64,000 bases of DNA. It comes from an uncultured Clostridia bacterium. GTDB taxonomy: Bacteria > Bacillota > Clostridia > Christensenellales > CAG-138. The notes beneath the pieces were generated by a model. The model was given only the letters and a program-made list of their open reading frames with translations, was not told the origin of the DNA and made no database searches. The position numbers were made by a program, and so were the translations under genes. Shown here in pieces: positions 17,963 through 26,968 of the stretch; position 1 is the first letter of the stretch, and every line of letters begins with the position of its first letter. The DNA lies in assembly GCA_946625575.1 (NCBI GenBank), contig CAMOTD010000006.1, forward strand, positions 16,251-80,250, written 5' to 3'.

Positions 17963-19447
17963 TCATTCCTCTCCGGAGGTCATCAGCGCGCCCTTCAGCG
18001 CAAGCTCGTAATCGACGCCGTTTGCGGAAACGTAAACGTCATAAACCTTGTTGCCGAACGTATCGGTGTAAAGATCGGTGTAATACAGATATGCGGCGGG
18101 CATCGCCTCCACGTGGGAGACGCCGTCCGAAACGCCTTTAAGGGGACGATCGCCGTCGGCATAGATCAGCTTGCCCGTGGAATCGTAGTCCGCGAGGAAA
18201 AGGCATTTATCCTCCCCTGCGAGCACGGTATAGACCGTGTTTTTCGCAAGCTGCACCGCGGGAGCGCTGCCCTCGATATAATAGAGCCCGAGGTCGTAGC
18301 CCAAGCAGTAGAACCGTCCGCCGTCCCTTGACATATTGTAGCTGTAGACGTTTTTGCTTACGGTTTGCGCCGTCTTGGGATCGTTCGCCTGCATCATATA
18401 GAGCACGTTATCCGCCATAAGCACGGAGAGCCTTCCGCCGTCCTTCGTTAACGAGAAGCCGTACGCGCCGTTCGCAAGCAGCGCCGCGCGCCTGTTGGAA
18501 TCGACGTACCAGAGGCTGTAGATCTTGCGCGCGTTCGGATCTGAAGACGAGGTCTTGAAGCTGTAATACACGCCGCCGAAAACGCTCGAGCAATCCTTTA
18601 CGGCGCTGCGGCAGCTTTCGCCGCCCTGCATGGACTCGCACGCCGCTATTGCCGCAAACACGGACTCGTCCTTGACTATCGGCTTTGCCGAAGAGCCCTT
18701 GACGCTGTAATACGTGGTGCCGTTCATATCGAAGGTGACCTCGGTAAGGTCGCGGTTGAACTCAAGCTGGCCCGAAACTCCTTCGCCGATCCTTTTGACC
18801 TTTTTACCCTTTGCATAGCAGAGAGCGACCGAATCCGGCTCGACGTAATACCAGAATCCCGCGTCGTCGCCTATCGCCGTTATGTAAGCGTTTTCGCCCA
18901 ATACGCGGCTTTCGCCCGCGGTATGCGCGAAGGCGGTGTGATCCCCCGCCGCGTTCTTAACGGAATAGCCGACCGTCCTGCCGTCCGGCGAGATCACGAT
19001 CGACTCGATCGAAGCGGCGGCTTCGGGCTTGATATCCTCGAGCTGCCCGTCCGCATGATCGTATATATGCACCTCCGTCGCGGTGGTGAAGACTATCTTC
19101 TGCCCGTCGAGCGAAAGGAGCGCCCTTAATACTCCGGCGGGGTAGATCTTCACGACGCCTTCCCTGTCGACTCGGAAAAGCCCCGTGCCGGCGCGGACTA
19201 TGCCCACCGTGCCGTCGCAGGATATGAAGGAATCCACGTGCCCCGGGATCCTGTCCTCAAGCATTTCGGAATCCACGAGGAAGCGCGTCACGCCCTCCTC
19301 GTCGGCATAGAAATAATTGATATTATGCGCGTATTCCTTTGCTTCAGGGCGTTTCGACCCCTTTATGTCGAACACTATCGCGACGGCAGCGGCGATCAAA
19401 GCCGCCGCAAGTGCCGCAGCGAGTATCTTGACCCATGTCTTTTTCAT
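17963..19447 (-). CDS. N-terminally anchored repeat-rich (beta-propeller-like) protein, paralogue of 16531-17958
   Basis: Uncleaved-looking TM anchor ILAAALAAALIAAAVAIVF. It has SPDG-type repeats (ISPDGRTVGYSV) reminiscent of TolB/PD40 blades. It lies 4 nt from its paralogue. Confidence 0.5.
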   Translation of the reverse strand: MKKTWVKILAAALAAALIAAAVAIVFDIKGSKRPEAKEYAHNINYFYADEEGVTRFLVDSEMLEDRIPGHVDSFISCDGTVGIVRAGTGLFRVDREGVVKIYPAGVLRALLSLDGQKIVFTTATEVHIYDHADGQLEDIKPEAAASIESIVISPDGRTVGYSVKNAAGDHTAFAHTAGESRVLGENAYITAIGDDAGFWYYVEPDSVALCYAKGKKVKRIGEGVSGQLEFNRDLTEVTFDMNGTTYYSVKGSSAKPIVKDESVFAAIAACESMQGGESCRSAVKDCSSVFGGVYYSFKTSSSDPNARKIYSLWYVDSNRRAALLANGAYGFSLTKDGGRLSVLMADNVLYMMQANDPKTAQTVSKNVYSYNMSRDGGRFYCLGYDLGLYYIEGSAPAVQLAKNTVYTVLAGEDKCLFLADYDSTGKLIYADGDRPLKGVSDGVSHVEAMPAAYLYYTDLYTDTFGNKVYDVYVSANGVDYELALKGALMTSGEE

Positions 19448-19461
19448 CCGTTTTCCGTCCT

Positions 19462-20844
19462 TTACAAGAGTTTCTTCGTCTGGATATAGACGTCGCCGCT
19501 GCCGAGCGTGACGACTATATCGCCCGCGGACGCGTTTTCAAGCAGCCAATCGGATATCTCCTCAAAAGTCGGCACGTACAGGGCGTTACCGGTCGCCTCG
19601 TTTATGGCTTTGACCATATCGCGCGCGTGGACTGTGCCGTCGTCCTTCTCGCGTCCGGGATAGATATCGGGCACGAGCACCTTTTTGACGCCCTTGAAGC
19701 AGTCGCCCTGATGCCCGCAGAAGAGGGTCTTCGCCCTCGTGTAGCTGTTGCATTGGAACACGCAGTAAACGTCCTTATGCGGTGTGCGGAGCGCCGAATC
19801 GACCGCCGCCCTTATCTCCGCGGGATGGTGCGCGTAATCGTGGAACACCCTTACGCCGTTCCTTTCGCCGTAATACTCGAACCTGCGGCGGGTATTCTCG
19901 AAATGGGAGAGCGCATCCGCCGCCGTGTCAAAGTCCGTGCCGTGCGAGAGCGCGACCGCCATCGCCGCAACGGAATTGAGCATATTATGCCGCCCGGGCA
20001 CGTGAAGCGCGACTCTGCCGACCCTTTCGCCCCGGAACATGAGGTCGTAGGAGGGACAGCCGAACTCATCATACACGGCGTTTTCGGGATAATAATCGGG
20101 CCCGAACGCGGTATCGAGACCGTAGGTCAGCTCCGCGACCCTTCCCCTGTACTCCTCAAGCAGCCCGCGAACCCTTTCGTCGTCCGTGCAGCCGATGAAC
20201 ATGCCGCCCTCCGGGATGAGCGCGACGAACTTGCGGAATGCGTCGGTGATATGGTCGATATCCTTGAAATAATCGAGATGATCGTCGTCGATGTTGTTGA
20301 TCAGCGCGACGGTGGGACGAAGCGTAAGGAAGCTCTCCACGTACTCGCACGCCTCGGTAATGAACAGATCGTGAGAGCCGAGCCGAGTGCCGCCCTTCAA
20401 AAATTCGACGAAGCCGCCCACGTGGACGGTCGCGTCGAGACCGCCCTTCTCGGCGATAAGGGCGAGCATGGAGGTTATCGTGGTCTTGCCGTGGCAGCCG
20501 GCGATGCCGACGACGTTCCTGTAATTCTCACTCAGCCAGCCGAGCGCGACGGAACGCTCCATCTCGGGTATGCCGAGCTCCCTTGCCCTGACCCTCTCGG
20601 GATTGTCGGGCTTTATCGCGGCGGAATAGATGACGAGGTCGCTCCCGTCGACGTTCTCCGCCTTCTGCCCTATGGTCACGGGTATGCCGAGCTCAACGAG
20701 CCTTTCAGTAAATGGCGAAACGGAGCGGTCGCTCCCGCCGACCTCGTATCCCCTTGCGCGAAGTATCTGCGCCAGCCCGTTCATCGAGCAGCCGCCGACG
20801 CCGATAAGATGTATCTTTTTTACGTTTTCGAGTTTGCGATCCAT
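19462..20844 (-). CDS. murC: UDP-N-acetylmuramate--L-alanine ligase
   Basis: IHLIGVGGCSMNGLAQIL at the N-terminus, and the Mur ligase P-loop GIAGCHGKTTITSM. Confidence 0.9.
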   Translation of the reverse strand: MDRKLENVKKIHLIGVGGCSMNGLAQILRARGYEVGGSDRSVSPFTERLVELGIPVTIGQKAENVDGSDLVIYSAAIKPDNPERVRARELGIPEMERSVALGWLSENYRNVVGIAGCHGKTTITSMLALIAEKGGLDATVHVGGFVEFLKGGTRLGSHDLFITEACEYVESFLTLRPTVALINNIDDDHLDYFKDIDHITDAFRKFVALIPEGGMFIGCTDDERVRGLLEEYRGRVAELTYGLDTAFGPDYYPENAVYDEFGCPSYDLMFRGERVGRVALHVPGRHNMLNSVAAMAVALSHGTDFDTAADALSHFENTRRRFEYYGERNGVRVFHDYAHHPAEIRAAVDSALRTPHKDVYCVFQCNSYTRAKTLFCGHQGDCFKGVKKVLVPDIYPGREKDDGTVHARDMVKAINEATGNALYVPTFEEISDWLLENASAGDIVVTLGSGDVYIQTKKLL

Positions 20845-20972
20845 TTGAGCCTCCGAAAAAAGTCTTACTCAACTTTTAATTATATTCCATTTTGAGCAAA
20901 AAGGCAATAAGCCGCTGAAAAAAACAGCCCCTCTTTCAGAGAGCTGATCCGGATCCTGTCTTGTACGCGGTT

Positions 20973-21764
20973 TTACTCCGCCGCCTTCTTCCTCGGCAGG
21001 GCGAGCAGCACTATGCCGAGCGCGAAGAGGAATATCGAAATGAACTGGCTTGTGGATAAAGGACCCACGAAGCCGCGGTATGCGTCGCCGCGGAAGAACT
21101 CGAGTATGAAGCGGTAAACGGGGTATGTCACAAAGTAGAGTCCGAGGAGCTTCCCCTCGAGCTTTTTCTTTCTGAACAGCGCGAAGAGCACGAAGAACAG
21201 CGCGAAATTGAGCCCCGCTTCCACGAGCTGCACCGGGAAGCGCGAAACGCCGTTCGCGCCCTCCGCAATGGAATTATGATAGACGAAGCCGAATTTCGAC
21301 TCCACGCCGTAGCAGCAGCCGCCGAGGAAGCAGCCGATCCTGCCGAAGCCGTGGAAGAGCGGTATCGCAACTGCGCCGAGATCGTAATAGACCGATTTAT
21401 CCTTTTTGACCTTGACGGCAAGGTAGATCGCACCGGCGATCAAAGCGCAAATCAGCCCGCCGTAGAACACCGCGCCGCCGAATATGAACGAGAGCCGCGA
21501 AACGAGCTCCTTAAAAGAACCGATCGAGCCGAGCTCCTTTATGAGGAGTATGAGATCCTTTGCTCTGGTGAATGCGTAAAGAATGTGTCCGCCGATCAGC
21601 GCGCCGAGCCCGGCGAACAGGAGCATCATCTGCGTGCGCATATAATCCGCGCCGCGCTTTTTGCCGATCGCGGGGATGAGGAAAACGACCAGGATCGCGC
21701 CGATCCCCGCCATGAGCCCGTACGTCGAAACGTCCTTATTGAGTATGTGGATGCTGGGTAACAT
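20973..21764 (-). CDS. lgt: prolipoprotein diacylglyceryl transferase
   Basis: GFGRIGCFLGGCCYG and RFPVQLVEA motifs in a polytopic protein. Confidence 0.85.
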   Translation of the reverse strand: MLPSIHILNKDVSTYGLMAGIGAILVVFLIPAIGKKRGADYMRTQMMLLFAGLGALIGGHILYAFTRAKDLILLIKELGSIGSFKELVSRLSFIFGGAVFYGGLICALIAGAIYLAVKVKKDKSVYYDLGAVAIPLFHGFGRIGCFLGGCCYGVESKFGFVYHNSIAEGANGVSRFPVQLVEAGLNFALFFVLFALFRKKKLEGKLLGLYFVTYPVYRFILEFFRGDAYRGFVGPLSTSQFISIFLFALGIVLLALPRKKAAE

Positions 21765-21778
21765 TACGTTTTACCGCT

Positions 21779-21818
21779 TAAAAAAGCAGACACGGGGCAT
21801 CCCCCATGTCTGCCTTTT
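21779..21818 (-). terminator. intrinsic terminator after the DUF4190-like gene
   Basis: GCAGACA-CGGGG...CCCCA-TGTCTGC stem flanked by A5 and T5. Read on the minus strand it is followed by a U-run. Confidence 0.55.
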
Positions 21819-21826
21819 TGTTAAGA

Positions 21827-22129
21827 TCAATTGTTGAGGTTGCTGAGAGCCTCGGAACCGGTGCCGAGACATACAGTGCAGATCGTGCAGCCGAGGTATA
21901 CGACAAACAGGACGATACCGAGGATGAGACCTACGATGGAGAGGGTGCGACCGATCTTAGCCATCTTGGTGGGCTCGCCATTCGCCTCTGCAAGGGGCAG
22001 CGCCTTGTTGCCGAGAACGAGACCGATGATACCGGCGATGATACCGGGAATACCATAGCCCCAGCTAAGAACGATACTTGCAATACCCAGGATCAGGGTC
22101 GCAATAGACTTACCTTTTGAAGATTCCAT
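21827..22129 (-). CDS. small membrane protein (DUF4190-like)
   Basis: Two Gly/Ile-rich helices (LILGIASIVLSW..GIIAGIIGLVLG). The ATG at 22129 has AGGAGG 8 nt upstream. Confidence 0.6.
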   Translation of the reverse strand: MESSKGKSIATLILGIASIVLSWGYGIPGIIAGIIGLVLGNKALPLAEANGEPTKMAKIGRTLSIVGLILGIVLFVVYLGCTICTVCLGTGSEALSNLNN

Positions 22130-22163
22130 ACTATTATTCCTCCTAACCAAAGAATGTAAACAT

Positions 22164-22192
22164 ATTTTACCTCTAATTTCGCGTTATGTCAA
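22164..22192 (-). promoter_or_regulatory. sigma-A-like promoter for the DUF4190-like gene
   Basis: Read on the minus strand: TTGACA (22187-22192), 17-nt spacer, TAAAAT (22164-22169), inside an AT-rich spacer. Confidence 0.5.
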
Positions 22193-22384
22193 CCCAAAAA
22201 AATACCTTGTTTCAAATGGGTTTTCCTCTGGCGGCTAAAAATGTTAAAAAATATTTAACAAATTATGGAACCTTTTGGTATGCTCGTGCGTTATATAAGC
22301 GACGGAGGCAAATGCGAGGACGTCTCCGAGCTTGAGGGGAATTAGTCGCCCCCCTCAATGCAAAGTTGGTTTTCTTCCTTTCTG

Positions 22385-22421
22385 AAAAAGAAAACGGCAG
22401 TTTGCTAACTGCCGTTTTTTT
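22385..22421 (-). terminator. intrinsic (bidirectional-looking) terminator after the AI-2E transporter gene
   Basis: ACGGCAGTT-TGCT-AACTGCCGT stem flanked by an A-run and a T-run, immediately 3' of the stop at 22429. Confidence 0.65.
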
Positions 22422-22428
22422 ATTCCTT

Positions 22429-23619
22429 TCATTCCGCGGGTCTTGCCGCAGCTCCCATGCGTTCCTTCTTCTCTTTCTCCGCTTGCTTTTCCAGGTTCCT
22501 CTTCTTCACCCAATCGCCGAAGATGCGGTAGATGACGGCGGCGGTGGGGACCGCGACGAGCAGTCCGCCCACTCCGAACAGTCCGCCTGCGACGACTATC
22601 GCCGCAAGCACGAGCATGCCGGGGATGCCGACCGCGTCGCCGACGATGCGCGGATAGACGAGATTGTCGTCGATCGCCTGGATGCCGATTATCATCAGCA
22701 CGAACCACAGCGCGAGCCAGGGGTTATCCTGCCTTGTCATCAGTATTATCAGCGCGGAGGGCACGGTGCTCGCCCACGGACCGATTATCGGGATAAGCGC
22801 CGCGAGGCAGATGAACACCGATATGAGCTCCGGATAGGGCATCCGGAATATCCTCATCCCGATATAGCACAGCACGCCGATTATAATACAGCTTGTGAGC
22901 TGGCCCGTGATGTAGCGCTTGAAGGTGGTGTTCGCGTAGCTCACGTAATTCATGAAGCCCTTGAAATGCTCCGTCGGGATTATCGCAGCGGCGGTCTTCT
23001 CCACGAAGCGCTTTATCTTTTCCTTGCGGATGAGCGTATGCACGCTGATGACCATCGTTACGAGCACGCTGTAAAGCACGCCGATTATGCCCATCGTCAG
23101 GCGCGGGATCTTGGGGAGGAAGTTGACCGCAAAATCGTTTATCCGCTGCATGAGGTTAGCGAGCACCTTGTCGATTATGCTGTACGCCTCGGGGCTAAGA
23201 TTGAGCTCCTCCGTCCACTTGTTGACGTGCTCGACAATGAACGAGATATAGACGTCAAGATTCGAAACGAGGGTGACTATGCTTGCCACGACCTTCGGCA
23301 CGACGAGCGCCGAAACGAGGGCGACCACACCGAGCACGAGCACGTACGTTATAATGACGCAGATCGCCCTTGTGAGCCCGGGTTTTTTTGCCTTGAGTTT
23401 TTTGAAAACTCGGTCCTCGAAGAAGCTCATGGGGAGGTTCAGCACGAACGCCAGGCAGAGACCGTAGAGGATAGGCGCGACGACTTTGGCAAAAGTCGAC
23501 ACCGCGCTGCGCACCGGACCGAAGTGCTCCAATATCTCATAGAGCACGATTCCGAGCACGACGATCAGCGCAGCGGCTATCGCGATCCTTCTCTTTTCTC
23601 CTTTAAGCAGTGTTTTCAC
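22429..23619 (-). CDS. AI-2E family (PerM/YdiK-like) transporter
   Basis: 396 aa polytopic protein. The C-terminal GLFGVGGLLVAVP segment is typical of the family. Confidence 0.75.
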   Translation of the reverse strand: MKTLLKGEKRRIAIAAALIVVLGIVLYEILEHFGPVRSAVSTFAKVVAPILYGLCLAFVLNLPMSFFEDRVFKKLKAKKPGLTRAICVIITYVLVLGVVALVSALVVPKVVASIVTLVSNLDVYISFIVEHVNKWTEELNLSPEAYSIIDKVLANLMQRINDFAVNFLPKIPRLTMGIIGVLYSVLVTMVISVHTLIRKEKIKRFVEKTAAAIIPTEHFKGFMNYVSYANTTFKRYITGQLTSCIIIGVLCYIGMRIFRMPYPELISVFICLAALIPIIGPWASTVPSALIILMTRQDNPWLALWFVLMIIGIQAIDDNLVYPRIVGDAVGIPGMLVLAAIVVAGGLFGVGGLLVAVPTAAVIYRIFGDWVKKRNLEKQAEKEKKERMGAAARPAE

Positions 23620-23694
23620 GGCTCACCTCCGTTTGAAAAGCGAACGTGCGGTTAGTTTATACCGCCGCGCCGTTCGCCATACGGCAATTATGCG

Positions 23695-24327
23695 TCATTC
23701 GTTCCCGCGGAGACGCTTGTCCGCCCAAAGCTCGACCGTTATATAGGCGCTTATCGCGTCTATCGCGCGCTTGTTATGCCCGCCGTGCATTACGGCGAAA
23801 TCCGCACAGCGGATATATTTGGAAACGACTTCGTCATACCAGGGTTTTACGGTCGCAACGTACTGTTCCGCCACGCCATTTATCTCCCTGCCCCTTTCCT
23901 GCGTGTCGCGCAGCATCCTTCTCAAAAGGCACATATCGGGATCGACGTGCATATAGACCTTAAGGCTCATTCTGTCCATCAGTTCCTTATTATAAAAGAC
24001 GTGGATGCCCTCGAGTATAACGACGTCCGGCGGTTCAATGAGCTCCGTACTGTCCGCGCGGACGTGGTTGGCGTAATCATAGCCCTTCTTCGTGATGGGC
24101 TTCCCGGCTGCGAGGAGGTTCATGTCCTTTATCAGCTCGTCGTAATCGAATATCTCGGGATCGTCGTAATCGGTCGTCACCCTTTCGGCAAACGGTTTAT
24201 AGCTCTGATCCTTATAATAGCAGTCCTGCCCGATTATGACGGTATCGCAGTCGAGCGAATTCTTTATCTCCTTCGCAAGGGTGGATTTCCCGCTGCCCGA
24301 GGCGCCGCAGATGCCTATAATGATCAT
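23695..24327 (-). CDS. udk: uridine kinase
   Basis: IIGICGASGSGKSTLA P-loop. Length and remaining sequence fit Udk. Confidence 0.88.
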   Translation of the reverse strand: MIIIGICGASGSGKSTLAKEIKNSLDCDTVIIGQDCYYKDQSYKPFAERVTTDYDDPEIFDYDELIKDMNLLAAGKPITKKGYDYANHVRADSTELIEPPDVVILEGIHVFYNKELMDRMSLKVYMHVDPDMCLLRRMLRDTQERGREINGVAEQYVATVKPWYDEVVSKYIRCADFAVMHGGHNKRAIDAISAYITVELWADKRLRGNE

Positions 24328-24364
24328 ATCGAATACACTTTCCCGGTCAAAAAACCGATTTGAT

Positions 24365-24859
24365 TCATCTTCTGAACAGCTTTCGCCACACGCGCCATGC
24401 CGCGCTCTGGAGCTTGAACGATACGGGGCGGATATGCCTCGTCGCGACCATCCATGCCGAGTAGAGCTTATACCCTGGCTCCTTCATATCGGACGCCCTG
24501 CCGCGGCTGACGAAGCCGGTCACGACGCCGATCACGGCCTCCCTTTTGACGGGCGGATCGCATTCGGTGCGCTTATCGCCGCAAAACACGTATTTATCCC
24601 TGCGCCGATCGACCGAAACGAGCCGGTGCAGGACGTACTTTTTTTCATCGTCCGCGCCCGAAACGAAGAGCGCGACCGTCCCGCGCTTTATTTGCTCCGG
24701 CGGATATCCGAGGGTGACGCTGTCGCCGTTTGCGCGGAGCATCGGCAGCATGCTCCCCCCTTTTGGAGTAAAGCTCACCGTGCCGCCTTCTTCAAGACGG
24801 GAGCGGATCAGCCCCTCCATATCGGAAAGGGACGCGCTTACCTTTCGCTGCTCTGCCAT
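24365..24859 (-). CDS. S24/S26-family serine peptidase-like protein
   Basis: GGSMLPML resembles the G-x-SM-x-P nucleophile box of signal-peptidase/LexA-type peptidases. A later GDKR could supply the general-base Lys. 164 aa. Confidence 0.55.
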   Translation of the reverse strand: MAEQRKVSASLSDMEGLIRSRLEEGGTVSFTPKGGSMLPMLRANGDSVTLGYPPEQIKRGTVALFVSGADDEKKYVLHRLVSVDRRRDKYVFCGDKRTECDPPVKREAVIGVVTGFVSRGRASDMKEPGYKLYSAWMVATRHIRPVSFKLQSAAWRVWRKLFRR

Positions 24860-24871
24860 AAAGCCGGCCCG

Positions 24872-25135
24872 TTAAACGAGCAGCCCCTCGGCGGAGAGCT
24901 TCTTTACAAACCTTTCTATGCCTGCGCGGGCGGTATCCTCGTCCACGTCATATTCCGCGAGCATCGCCTTTACGAGCGAAGCCTCGTCCCTGTCCTCCTC
25001 AAGGAGCTTCCAAAGGAACGCCGCGGTATCGTTAAGGGTTATCATGCCGTTGAAGTCGAGCGAAGTCTTCCCCGCGGGGACGACTATCGTCGCGTCGGCG
25101 ACCTGTCTTAAAACAAAGCCCTCTTTTATCTTCAT
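24872..25135 (-). CDS. PqqD-family (RiPP recognition element-like) protein
   Basis: 87 aa. The pattern FVLRQVADATIVVP...MITLNDTAAFLWKLLE....LVKAMLAEYDVD......IERFVKKL is typical of PqqD-like peptide chaperones. The ATG at 25135 has AGGAG upstream. Confidence 0.65.
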   Translation of the reverse strand: MKIKEGFVLRQVADATIVVPAGKTSLDFNGMITLNDTAAFLWKLLEEDRDEASLVKAMLAEYDVDEDTARAGIERFVKKLSAEGLLV

Positions 25136-25146
25136 CGTGTTTTCTC

Positions 25147-25836
25147 CTAACAAGTTTTCATTACGCTGTATGCAAGACGGGCGGCTTCCTCGTCCGGTCT
25201 GCATCTTAAAACGAATACGGGGACCGTCGATACGAGCCTGTCCACCGTTTCGAGAAGCTCCGTCATGCGCTCCCTGCTGATCCTTCGGACGGTCTGGGGT
25301 ATTATCCTGACAGCCGCCTCCTTCGCAGAGAGCCTTTCGATCGAATTATCCCCCGCCTGCTCGATAAACGCTATCGCCTGAACGGGCAGGGTCTCATCCC
25401 TGTTCAGATCGTACTTCCCGCTCCATGGGGTGCCGGAGGCGAGGAAGCCGTTTTCGCTCCGTGTGAGCGCGGGCTTATCGTCGTTAAGGATATAAGCCCC
25501 CTCGAAGCATTTGAGCCAGAGCCCGGTATGGGTGGACTTTCCCGCGCCGGAATCGCCGGAGAAGAGATACGCCCTGCCGTCGAGCGCCGCGGCGGAGGAA
25601 TGAAGCATCATACCGCCCCTCTTGATGAGCTCGAAATAAAACTTCGTGCCCGAGGCAAGATACCTCGCTTCCGCGTCCTTGAGCCCGGTGTGGAGCATAC
25701 ATTCCGCAGCCTCTTCATCCGTTACCCTGACGGTAAAATCGGGGATGCGCCCGGTCACGCGGTATTTTTCCGCACGATCGAGAAAAACGTCCCCGCAGCC
25801 TTCGGCGTCGAAAACAAAACCCGCAGCCGAGTACAA
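25147..25836 (-). CDS. HPr-kinase-C-terminal-domain-like P-loop protein
   Basis: LFSGDSGAGKSTH Walker A in the context found in HprK-related kinases. TTG start preceded by GGGGTGAG. It is the first gene of a tightly packed minus-strand operon. Confidence 0.55.
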   Translation of the reverse strand: MYSAAGFVFDAEGCGDVFLDRAEKYRVTGRIPDFTVRVTDEEAAECMLHTGLKDAEARYLASGTKFYFELIKRGGMMLHSSAAALDGRAYLFSGDSGAGKSTHTGLWLKCFEGAYILNDDKPALTRSENGFLASGTPWSGKYDLNRDETLPVQAIAFIEQAGDNSIERLSAKEAAVRIIPQTVRRISRERMTELLETVDRLVSTVPVFVLRCRPDEEAARLAYSVMKTC

Positions 25837-25871
25837 GCGCTCACCCCCCCCGATTCAAAGGATCAATATTC

Positions 25872-25900
25872 ATTATATCATTTTATTTCTTCGCGCACAA
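25872..25900 (-). promoter_or_regulatory. sigma-A-like promoter of the HprK-like/PqqD/S24/udk/AI-2E operon
   Basis: Read on the minus strand: TTGTGC (25895-25900), 17-nt spacer, TGA-TATAAT (-10 at 25872-25877). Confidence 0.45.
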
Positions 25901-25959
25901 TAGCTTTTTCGCACAGTATCTGTTATAATAAGCCCAACGATACCAACGGAGGCAGTATA

Positions 25960-26826
25960 GTGACAGGCGCTTCAATAAAAAGGATATTGCCCGTTCTTAT
26001 GGCGGCGGCGATGCTTTTTGCCGCCGGCTGCGGGAAAAAGCCCTCGGGGGACGAGCCGGATGCGATAATAGATATCGGCTTGCCCACCCTGTCGCCTGCG
26101 CCGGAGGGCACCGACGAGCTTTTGCCGACGCCGACCCCCGCGCCCGATACGCTTGAGGGAAGGATCCTTTCCGGGCTGGTTTATCCGCTTAACGGCGGCG
26201 AGCCGACCGGGCTCTCCTTCAAGGCGGAGAGCGTCGACCTTGACGGCGACGGAGATCCCGAGGAGATCGCCGTTTCGGACGTTGACGGAGGTCCCGCGCT
26301 CACGGTTGACGGCGAGGCGTTCCTCGATATAGGCACGAAGGTGAGCCTTGCTTCGCTCGACGGGAAAAACATTTTCTTAATTTCGGAGACCCCCGGGAAG
26401 GAAGGTTTCTTCGTATTCCATCCCGATAAGGAAGGCAACCTCTTCTGCCGTCTTTACGCCATAGCCCGTAAGGGCTCCGCGGAGGGGCTCGTTACCCCGG
26501 CGCCAGTCGAGGACCTTATACGCGGCGGGCTCGACGTGATGCTTCACGATCCGCTTTTGTATTCGGCGGTCGACGGCGCAAAGCGCACCGTGCGCCTTGA
26601 TATGGACGGCGACGGGAATAACGAGGAGATCGTTTTCGACAGCGAAACGCTTTCGATAAACGGCACGGAGGACCGCCTGATACTGACCACCACCATGCCC
26701 CGCTTCGTTTTCGATCCCGAGCGGGATACCATAGTCCTTTACGGTTCCGCGGGCGACACCGCGATACGCCTTTGGGTGGAGAACGGAAGCGTGAAATTCG
26801 ACCAAAGCTATACGACGCTGCTGTGA
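25960..26826 (+). CDS. lipoprotein with Asp-rich calcium-binding-type (FG-GAP/VCBS-like) repeats
   Basis: The GTG at 25960 has GGAGG upstream. Lipobox LFAAGC. Repeats DLDGDGDPEEIAVSD and LDMDGDGNNEEIVFD. The upstream part of the track ORF is antisense to the HprK-like gene. Confidence 0.6.
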   Translation: MTGASIKRILPVLMAAAMLFAAGCGKKPSGDEPDAIIDIGLPTLSPAPEGTDELLPTPTPAPDTLEGRILSGLVYPLNGGEPTGLSFKAESVDLDGDGDPEEIAVSDVDGGPALTVDGEAFLDIGTKVSLASLDGKNIFLISETPGKEGFFVFHPDKEGNLFCRLYAIARKGSAEGLVTPAPVEDLIRGGLDVMLHDPLLYSAVDGAKRTVRLDMDGDGNNEEIVFDSETLSINGTEDRLILTTTMPRFVFDPERDTIVLYGSAGDTAIRLWVENGSVKFDQSYTTLL

Positions 26827-26856
26827 TCTCAGGCAGCCGGCAAAAACAATAAGAAA

Positions 26857-26886
26857 CCGAGGATGGATCTCCATCCCCGGTTTTTT
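26857..26886. terminator. imperfect hairpin plus T-run between convergent genes
   Basis: CCGAGGATGGA..TCCATCCCCGG followed by T6. Confidence 0.4.
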
Positions 26887-26968
26887 ATTTCCCAATTCGT
26901 TTTCTCGGCTGAAAACCTGATTCTCCTTATGCGGATACACCCTTCCCCGTTCTTGTTTTTTCGTCGCT

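Noticed and set aside
19435-20895. Long ORFs antisense to well-supported genes. Examples: 19435-20895 opposite murC; 22366-23655 opposite the AI-2E transporter; 27020-28849, 34528-35589, 37550-39145, 41959-43635, 43632-45365, 50095-51441, 15408-16526, 46416-47372, 62210-63166.
   Set aside because: Each is the mirror of a gene with clear family motifs. Their translations are Arg/Gly/His/Asp-rich low-information sequence with no RBS. This is typical stop-codon-poor antisense frame in high-GC DNA.
22279-22344. 21-codon ORF (MLVRYISDGGKCEDVSELEGN) and an adjacent TTGAGGGG/CCCCTCAA hairpin (22332-22358) in the AT-rich spacer upstream of the DUF4190-like gene.
   Set aside because: There is no Shine-Dalgarno sequence and no conservation evidence available. 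The hairpin lacks a U-tract on either strand. This is insufficient to call a gene or a terminator.
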